From the NCBI GenBank assembly GCA_023379725.1, contig JAMCPC010000121.1, forward strand, positions 1 to 32,155: 32,155 nt of DNA, in the 5' to 3' direction. The notes under the pieces were generated by a model. It searched no databases. It was not told the origin of the DNA and saw nothing but the letters and a program-made list of their open reading frames with translations. Of the stretch, positions 26,013 to 32,155 are shown piece after piece; the stretch's first letter is position 1; every line of letters starts with the position of its first letter. The stretch comes from Actinomycetota bacterium. Its GTDB lineage: Bacteria > Actinomycetota > Acidimicrobiia > Acidimicrobiales > JAMCPL01. The position numbers and the translations under genes were made by a program.

Positions 26013-26717
26013 ATGGCACGAATGGACGAATTTAGGCGGTATATAGAGGCGGCATCTTCACTTAGAGAGATAACCCGCTCCAAGGCGGAGGCACTTGTAA
26101 AAGAGCTTGCAGCGTCAGGAGAGATAGAGCGGGCACATACCAAAGAGTGGGTAGATACCCTAGTAAAAGAGAGTAAGAAACGTTCAGATTTTGTGGTCGA
26201 CCAGATTCGCAGGGAGATCAATAGACAGATTTCTGACATCAAGAATCAAACTACAGAAGAGGCCGTACGGCGTGTACTCAAGATAGTGACAGATGACAGT
26301 AGGTTGTCATTGCTCAGGGATATAGGGAAGCGTGCCATCAGCGACGTAATGAGTGCTACCATGACAGGTAGCTCAAGGGTACGCAGGGAGAGCAGAGAAA
26401 CGCATGGAGGTGGCAATACCAATGCAGCAAGGGAGGATTCATCCGCACCTGCATCTAAGCCTCCGGCAAAAAAACCAGTTGCCAGGGCAAGGCCTTCAGG
26501 CAGTACTGTAGCAAAGACTTCGACAGCCACCAGATCGCCTGCTAAGACGTCAACAAGATCGTCTACAAAGGCACCCGCAAAGGCACCCGCAAAACCATCT
26601 GCCAAAGCATCGGCAGCTAAGTCTGCTTCCCGCAGTTCCAGATCTGCAACAGCTACAAGGTCATCCAGTTCTACTACCAGGACTTCGCCAAAGACCAGGA
26701 CTTCGCCAAAGCGGTAG
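26013..26717 (+). CDS. hypothetical protein with a helical N-terminal domain and an Ala/Lys/Pro/Ser/Thr-rich basic tail
   Basis: The N-terminus MARMDEFRRYIEAASSLREITRSKAEALVKELAASGEIE is phasin-like and helical. The C-terminus has PAKKP, APAKAPAKPSAKASAAK and TRTSPKTRTSPKR. The ORF-track TTG at 25977 is an alternative start. Confidence 0.6.
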   Translation: MARMDEFRRYIEAASSLREITRSKAEALVKELAASGEIERAHTKEWVDTLVKESKKRSDFVVDQIRREINRQISDIKNQTTEEAVRRVLKIVTDDSRLSLLRDIGKRAISDVMSATMTGSSRVRRESRETHGGGNTNAAREDSSAPASKPPAKKPVARARPSGSTVAKTSTATRSPAKTSTRSSTKAPAKAPAKPSAKASAAKSASRSSRSATATRSSSSTTRTSPKTRTSPKR

Positions 26718-26760
26718 GCCAGGAATCACGCACAGGCGGCTGGATCTAAGACTAGTTGAA

Positions 26761-27660
26761 TTGAAGCTTGCTCGTTCAAGGGAGCAGGCGCATGATCTGA
26801 TATATTCAAATAAGGTACTTGTAAATGGTTCGGTGGCGCTCAAGCCTTCCCGGCAGGTGACTACATCTGACGATATACGTATCACCAGTCCAGTCAACGA
26901 AGGTTTCGTCTCGAGAGGTGGAGTGAAATTGGAATTTGCTCTGAACAACTTTGGCATCGATCCGAATTCGCTGAGGTGCCTTGATGCCGGTGCTTCAACG
27001 GGGGGGTTCACGCATTGCCTACTGAACAAGGGGGCAGGGGAGGTGGTTGCCGTCGATGTCGGGTATCGCCAGCTCCATGAGAAACTAGCCAAAGATAATC
27101 GTGTATCTGTTGTGGATCGTACAAACGTAAGATATTTGGATGAGTCGTTGCTCGGTAGCCGCCCCTTCGATCTGGCGGTTTGCGATCTATCGTTTATCTC
27201 GTTGCGTATCCTAGTACCTGTATTCACAGGCAGTATGCTAAAATCAAACTCATGTCTGGTACTACTCGTCAAGCCTCAATTCGAAGCAGGACGAAAGGTC
27301 GTATCACAGGGAAAGGGAATAGTAAAGGATCCGCTGGTGCATAAAAGCGTGCTTATGGATGTATCGAACGCTTACATAGATGCCGGATGTAGCATGGAGG
27401 GAGTGGCTCCATCTCCTATTAAGGGCGCCAAGGGCAATATTGAATATTTTCTCCATCTACACAACGGTGCCGGCTCAAATGGCTGCTCTCGGTTTTCGGC
27501 ACATGCACAAGCACGCATACAAGCACATGCTCCGGAGTACAAGCTAGAGCGTAGCCCAGCATGCAACCAACACTACAGCCAGGAATACGTCCAACAGTAC
27601 AACCCAGGGCACGTTATAGCAGAGGCGATCAAGGAGGCCTACGATAAATGGCTCGTGTAG
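26761..27660 (+). CDS. tlyA: TlyA-family rRNA (cytidine-2'-O)-methyltransferase (S4 plus FtsJ domains)
   Basis: LARSREQAHDLI..VLVNG (S4 domain) and CLDAGASTGGFTHCLL (SAM-binding). The conserved N-terminal RRLDxxLV is encoded in frame upstream of the listed TTG, so the true start is probably near 26725-26740. Confidence 0.9.
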   Translation: MKLARSREQAHDLIYSNKVLVNGSVALKPSRQVTTSDDIRITSPVNEGFVSRGGVKLEFALNNFGIDPNSLRCLDAGASTGGFTHCLLNKGAGEVVAVDVGYRQLHEKLAKDNRVSVVDRTNVRYLDESLLGSRPFDLAVCDLSFISLRILVPVFTGSMLKSNSCLVLLVKPQFEAGRKVVSQGKGIVKDPLVHKSVLMDVSNAYIDAGCSMEGVAPSPIKGAKGNIEYFLHLHNGAGSNGCSRFSAHAQARIQAHAPEYKLERSPACNQHYSQEYVQQYNPGHVIAEAIKEAYDKWLV

Positions 27661-28457
27661 CCTTTCTGGCACATAGTGGAATCGATGAAGCGGCAACTAT
27701 TGCCCGCAGGGGTGGAGACTGGCTATCTGATCACGGTCACACGGCGCTTACGATAACGGATACGTCAGAGGTAGATTCATATGTTGGCAGTATTGACCTT
27801 CTGGTAGGACTGGGAGGCGACGGCACTATGCTGCGAGCTATGGAAGTGGCCTATACGCTGGGGATACCCGTAATGGGAGTAAATTTGGGCCGGCTTGGTT
27901 ACCTTACCGAAGTGGACCCTTCCGGCCTTGAGGCGGCACTCGAGCGATTCCTTGATGGACGCTACGATATTGAAGAGAGGATGGTGCTTGAGGTAAATAT
28001 TGAAGGTAAACAGCATATGGCTATGAACGAAGCCGTCCTGGAAAAAGTCCAACCTGGCCACACTGTCCTTGTGTCAGCTTACATTGCAGAAAAACATTTT
28101 TTGACTTATGCCGCCGACGGTATAGTTATCTGCAGTGCTACGGGATCTACAGCATATAATCTTTCACTTCGCGGTCCAATACTCTCCCCTCGACTCAGAG
28201 CCATGGTAATGACGCCGATATCGCCTCATATGCTTTTTGACAGGCCACTGGTACTTGAGCCTGATGAAGATGTTACGCTCAGAATTGAGGGCACCAGGCC
28301 GGCGACGTTCCTTGTAGATGGTAAAGAGATAAGCAATGTAGGGCCTGGTGGAGAGTTGCGATGCAGAGGGTCATCGCAACCGGTTAGGGTCGTTAAAATG
28401 GACGGGACAGATCTTAGAAGCGTGTTGAAGGATAAATTCGGATTGATGGATAGATGA
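27648..28457 (+). CDS. nadK: NAD kinase
   Basis: GGDGT motif (LLVGLGGDGTMLRA), ADGIVICSATGSTAYNLS. AAGGAGG lies upstream and the gene overlaps the tlyA stop. Confidence 0.93.
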   Translation: MARVAFLAHSGIDEAATIARRGGDWLSDHGHTALTITDTSEVDSYVGSIDLLVGLGGDGTMLRAMEVAYTLGIPVMGVNLGRLGYLTEVDPSGLEAALERFLDGRYDIEERMVLEVNIEGKQHMAMNEAVLEKVQPGHTVLVSAYIAEKHFLTYAADGIVICSATGSTAYNLSLRGPILSPRLRAMVMTPISPHMLFDRPLVLEPDEDVTLRIEGTRPATFLVDGKEISNVGPGGELRCRGSSQPVRVVKMDGTDLRSVLKDKFGLMDR

Positions 28458-28464
28458 TTGGAAG

Positions 28465-30123
28465 ATGCTGATTGAGCTGAACGTACAGAACCTTGGAGTA
28501 CTCGACGATGTGGCTATCCAGTTTCAGGGTGGCATGACAGTCATTACCGGAGAGACCGGAGCTGGCAAGACGTTAATAGTGGAGGCGCTTGGCCTACTGT
28601 GCGGAGGAAGAGCTGACTCATCCCTGGTAAGAAGTGGAGCTTCGGAAGCTACTATAGAAGGAAGGTTCGTCACCGAGAAAGAGGATGAGGTGGTCGTATC
28701 CAGGCAGATTTCTTCAAACGGCAGGTCACGAGCATGGGTAAATGGGCGTATGTATACCGCCTCCGGTCTAATCGATATAACGGAAGGTCTGGTAGATATC
28801 TACAGTCAGCACACCCATCATTCATTACTGAGTCATACAACTCAGAGAGATATGTTGGACATGTACGGGGAGGTAGATCTGACCGAGTTGACCGCTGCTC
28901 GACAGGAATTGCGTGATATAGAGAGGCGACTCGAAGATATTGAGGGTGGCAGCATGACTGTAGAGCACGAAATAGAACTTCACAAGAGCCAACTCGACGA
29001 ATTGAATCGTGCGTCCCTGAATGACCCTAATGAGTACGATACTCTTGGAATCGAAGAGCGGCGCCTTTCAGATGTGGAGAGCATACATGACAAGTTGTTC
29101 GAACTTGCCGCTTACATGGAGGGGGATTCAAACGTCCATGATGATAGTGTTCAAGGAGGTGCAATCACTATGATCGGATACGCTCTTTCTGCGCTCAAAG
29201 GCACCTCCTCCTTTGGCGATATATTCGATGGAATAGAGAAAAGGCTGAAAGCGTTACACGCTGAAGCACAGGACATAGCGGCTACTCTAAACGATGAGCT
29301 GCAATCGCTTGTGTTCGACCCATCTCGTCTTGATGAGATAAGGATCCGGCGTCTGGCGCTTCGAGAGCTCATAAAGAGATACTCAGATGACGGAAGTCTT
29401 GGGTCTGTAATAGTCAAGAGGGATTCATTGCAGACCTCCCTTGATGATCTGGCGGACCGTTCAAAACGGATAGATGCCTTGAGGGTGACAAGGGATCATA
29501 TACAGGTACGGATAGGGCAGTGCGAGGAAAAAGTTCGTGAACAAAGGGCAGAGAGTGCAGTGCGTCTGGCTCAGGCAGTAGAGCAAGAATTGGCCAGCCT
29601 GGCTATGGAAAAGGCGGTATTCTCGGTGAAAGTAGGTGACTCCGGTGCCGGAGAACCAATTGAGTTTGGGTTGGGAGCCAATCCCGGAGAGCCTGTTCTA
29701 CCGGTCGCAAAGGTGGCTTCCGGAGGTGAGCTGGCACGGACCATGCTTGCGATCAGGCTTGCCTTTGCACGTAGCATTAAATACGGGCCAACAGCCACCG
29801 GTACTATACCGACTTCAATGGTATTTGACGAAGTAGACGCGGGCATAGGTGGGGAAGCCGCTCTGTCTGTAGGTAATGCAATCTACGAACTGTCAAAGAA
29901 TAGACAGGTACTTGTGGTGACACACCTTCCACAGGTAGCAGCATTTGCCGATAATCATATCCAAGTAATGAAGAACATATCGGACGCAAGAACGTCATCA
30001 TCCTTTAATTCCATCACCGGACAGGAGCGCGTAGAAGAGATTGCAAGGATGCTCTCCGGTCAGCCGGACCTGAAGATAGCCCGTGATCATGCCAGAGAGA
30101 TCCTGGATAGAGTAGGTAAATAA
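28465..30123 (+). CDS. recN: DNA repair protein RecN
   Basis: Walker A GETGAGKT, a long coiled-coil middle, the SMC signature ASGGELAR, and Walker [13 protein letters not shown]. Confidence 0.95.
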   Translation: MLIELNVQNLGVLDDVAIQFQGGMTVITGETGAGKTLIVEALGLLCGGRADSSLVRSGASEATIEGRFVTEKEDEVVVSRQISSNGRSRAWVNGRMYTASGLIDITEGLVDIYSQHTHHSLLSHTTQRDMLDMYGEVDLTELTAARQELRDIERRLEDIEGGSMTVEHEIELHKSQLDELNRASLNDPNEYDTLGIEERRLSDVESIHDKLFELAAYMEGDSNVHDDSVQGGAITMIGYALSALKGTSSFGDIFDGIEKRLKALHAEAQDIAATLNDELQSLVFDPSRLDEIRIRRLALRELIKRYSDDGSLGSVIVKRDSLQTSLDDLADRSKRIDALRVTRDHIQVRIGQCEEKVREQRAESAVRLAQAVEQELASLAMEKAVFSVKVGDSGAGEPIEFGLGANPGEPVLPVAKVASGGELARTMLAIRLAFARSIKYGPTATGTIPTSMVFDEVDAGIGGEAALSVGNAIYELSKNRQVLVVTHLPQVAAFADNHIQVMKNISDARTSSSFNSITGQERVEEIARMLSGQPDLKIARDHAREILDRVGK

Positions 30124-30124
30124 A

Positions 30125-31897
30125 ATGTCCACCACATACCCCGCTGAATCGGCTAAGTTCAATAGCATGGTAGATGAGCACAGACCCCATTCCCACCATA
30201 CGAAATTTATATTCTTCACAGGAGGGGTGTCATCATCGCTTGGAAAAGGGTTGACTGCGTCATCGCTTGGCAGGCTCTTGAAGAGCAGGGGGATGAAGGT
30301 TACTATGATCAAGCTGGACCCCTACATAAATGTAGATCCTGGTACGATGAATCCCTTTGAGCATGGGGAGGTGTTCGTTACAGAAGACGGTGGTGAGACC
30401 GACCTTGATTTGGGTCATTACGAAAGATTTATCGATGAAAATCTACACAGGGATTCGAACGCGACTACCGGGTCGATATACCTCTCCATTATTGCTGCAG
30501 AGAGAAGAGGAGATTACCTGGGACGAACCGTTCAGGTCATACCTCACGTCACCGATGAGATAAAGTCCCGAATAATGAGCGTAGCCACCGAAGATACTGA
30601 TGTGGTCATAGTAGAGGTAGGTGGCACTGTCGGTGACATAGAGATCGTACCTTTTTTGGAGGCTCTCAGACAGATGCGCAGTGACGTAGGGCGAGACAAC
30701 GTATGTTATGTGCATCTAACGCTGGTTCCATACCTTGCTCCTTCAGGTGAACAAAAGACCAAGCCCACCCAGCACTCTGTAACAGAACTACGCAGTCGTG
30801 GTATACAGCCAGATATAATAGTCTGCCGTTCCGACCAGCCGATATCATCAAACCTCAAAAGAAAGATATCGCTCTTGTGCGATGTGCCTATTGACGCAGT
30901 TATATCAGCTGTAGACGCACCCAGCATATACCTTATACCACTTGTTCTACACGACGAAGGAATGGATGCTGTGGTCATGAAGATACTCCACATTGATCTA
31001 GCCGATCATCCTATCGATCTCGCTGGCTGGGCACGTGTCGCCTCAATGGCAACGGACACAAGCAGATCAGTCAGTATAGGAATTGTTGGTAAATACGTGA
31101 ACCTCCCTGATGCATACCTGTCGGTCGTCGAAGCTGTCCGGCATGGTGGTTTTGCTCTCGATACACATGTAGACATCTCATGGATCCAGGCCGAAGAGAT
31201 TCCACAGCTGATAGAGGATGGAACAATATCGCAACTCGATGGCATTATCATACCTGGTGGATTTGGTGAGCGTGGTGTAGAAGGCAAGATATCGACAGCT
31301 ACATATGCCAGGTTGCACAATATCCCCATTCTGGGCATATGTCTGGGATTACAGGTAATGGTTATTGATGTTGCCCGCAATATCGTTGGCCTGAAAGGCG
31401 CCAATTCACGTGAGATGGACCCTTATACACCATATCCAGTTATAGATTTGATGGATGAGCAACGCAACGTGGTAGACAAGGGTGGTACTATGCGCTTGGG
31501 GTCTTACGTAGCTCAGCTGAAGCCGGACAGCCTGGCGGCAGAGGTATACGGTACAGAGGTTGTGTCAGAACGCCACCGACATCGCTACGAGGTAAACCCA
31601 AAATATCGTACCAAATTAGAGGATGCAGGTCTTTCGTGTAGTGCCATTTCGCCTGATGGCAGGTTGGTGGAGATGGTAGAGTTGCCAACTCATCCATACT
31701 TCATTGGTACGCAGGCTCACCCAGAATTCAAAAGTAGGCCGGATCGTCCTCATCCATTATTCAAAGGTCTGGTAGAGGCTGCACTTGCCAGGGCAGAGAG
31801 CAGGCAACCCAGAATCGTAGATGTAGAGGATGACTGGAATGCATTACCTCCCTTAAAGGCTAGAGAGATCAAGGAGCTCTCTGAAAGTAATTTGTGA
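30125..31897 (+). CDS. pyrG: CTP synthase
   Basis: [21 protein letters not shown], the glutaminase domain with GICLGLQ, and HRHRYEVN. Confidence 0.97.
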   Translation: MSTTYPAESAKFNSMVDEHRPHSHHTKFIFFTGGVSSSLGKGLTASSLGRLLKSRGMKVTMIKLDPYINVDPGTMNPFEHGEVFVTEDGGETDLDLGHYERFIDENLHRDSNATTGSIYLSIIAAERRGDYLGRTVQVIPHVTDEIKSRIMSVATEDTDVVIVEVGGTVGDIEIVPFLEALRQMRSDVGRDNVCYVHLTLVPYLAPSGEQKTKPTQHSVTELRSRGIQPDIIVCRSDQPISSNLKRKISLLCDVPIDAVISAVDAPSIYLIPLVLHDEGMDAVVMKILHIDLADHPIDLAGWARVASMATDTSRSVSIGIVGKYVNLPDAYLSVVEAVRHGGFALDTHVDISWIQAEEIPQLIEDGTISQLDGIIIPGGFGERGVEGKISTATYARLHNIPILGICLGLQVMVIDVARNIVGLKGANSREMDPYTPYPVIDLMDEQRNVVDKGGTMRLGSYVAQLKPDSLAAEVYGTEVVSERHRHRYEVNPKYRTKLEDAGLSCSAISPDGRLVEMVELPTHPYFIGTQAHPEFKSRPDRPHPLFKGLVEAALARAESRQPRIVDVEDDWNALPPLKAREIKELSESNL

Positions 31898-32155
31898 GTC
31901 TAGTGCAGTGCTTCGTAAATAGCGTGACGTTATCCGGCAAGTCAGGGGCGTCATCTGGCAAGGCCGAGGACGAAGGCGTAGCCGGAAGCTACGTTGAGGA
32001 CGAGAACGCCGTCAGGGGTGTCATCTGCCTGGCGGGAACCCATGGTTATTTGCGAGACACTACACTAAGTTTTGATCTCCTTCCCACGGCTGAACTTGGA
32101 CACTGCTCAAGTCGAGCACTGCCGTACGGTGGATATGGTAAGTTCGTAGAATTAC
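31894..32155 (+). CDS. Open reading frame running through copy D and off the window end. By synteny it may be the N-terminus of the gene downstream of pyrG (a NUDIX hydrolase in mycobacteria). Start unresolved (GTG 31894, GTG 31903 or TTG 32050).
   Basis: My translation: [87 protein letters not shown]... with no stop before the window end. The other two plus-strand frames after the element hit stops. Confidence 0.3.
   Translation, partial: MSLVQCFVNSVTLSGKSGASSGKAEDEGVAGSYVEDENAVRGVICLAGTHGYLRDTTLSFDLLPTAELGHCSSRALPYGGYGKFVEL
31900..32069 (+). mobile_element. Copy D of the interspersed element (170 bp), starting 2 nt after the pyrG stop codon
   Basis: Full-length alignment to A, B and C. 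Left end CTAGTGCAGTGCTTCGTAAATA, right end TATTTGCGAGACACTACACTAAG. Confidence 0.93.

Noticed and set aside
30451-30460. tRNA T-loop-like GTTCGAATCC on the minus strand
   Set aside because: It lies inside conserved pyrG coding sequence, and the flanks cannot form T-arm or acceptor stems.
1-32155. CRISPR array, defence island, prophage or toxin-antitoxin content
   Set aside because: The repeats are dispersed, about 169 bp long and TIR-flanked, not short direct repeats with spacers. Every sizeable ORF has a housekeeping or regulatory identity. No integrase, transposase, nuclease-helicase or small paired toxin-antitoxin ORFs were seen.

Overview
The window is a chromosomal housekeeping stretch with actinobacterial-type synteny. 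The HAD phosphatase - tlyA - nadK - recN - pyrG order matches the Mycobacterium Rv1692-Rv1699 neighbourhood. Gene content in order: thiD-thiG-thiS-thiO (minus strand); gltB-gltD; a MerR-like regulator; gcvT, gcvPA, gcvPB; an OmpR-type two-component pair; der; a small zinc-ribbon membrane protein; a RAM-domain Lrp/AsnC-like protein; two MFS-like transporters; an ECF sigma factor fused to a zinc-binding anti-sigma (ZAS) domain; DUF2892; msrB; a HAD-IIA hydrolase; a protein with a basic tail; tlyA; nadK; recN; pyrG. I saw no CRISPR array, rRNA, tRNA, transposase, prophage or recognisable defence genes. The standout is a non-autonomous interspersed element of about 169 bp with ~22-nt terminal inverted repeats. 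It occurs in at least four full and two partial copies in 32 kb. One copy sits IN FRAME inside the glutamate synthase large-subunit gene gltB and keeps the 1691-codon ORF open. In that copy, paired 4-nt changes in both terminal repeats remove an in-frame TAG while keeping the repeats complementary. Other copies supply the last 7 codons and stop of the histidine kinase and the start codon and N-terminus of thiD. Another lies in the divergent promoter region between the response regulator and der. The last lies in an open frame that runs from just after the pyrG stop off the window end. This resembles the in-frame palindromic elements of Rickettsia (RPEs), here in an actinobacterium-like genome. 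It is the best candidate for something undescribed. Secondary observations are the cis-fused ECF sigma/ZAS protein next to msrB and DUF2892, several low-complexity in-frame insertions in core enzymes, and an AT-rich intergenic region with repeated TATGCATA palindromes. All calls come from reading the sequence and translations; no database search was possible.
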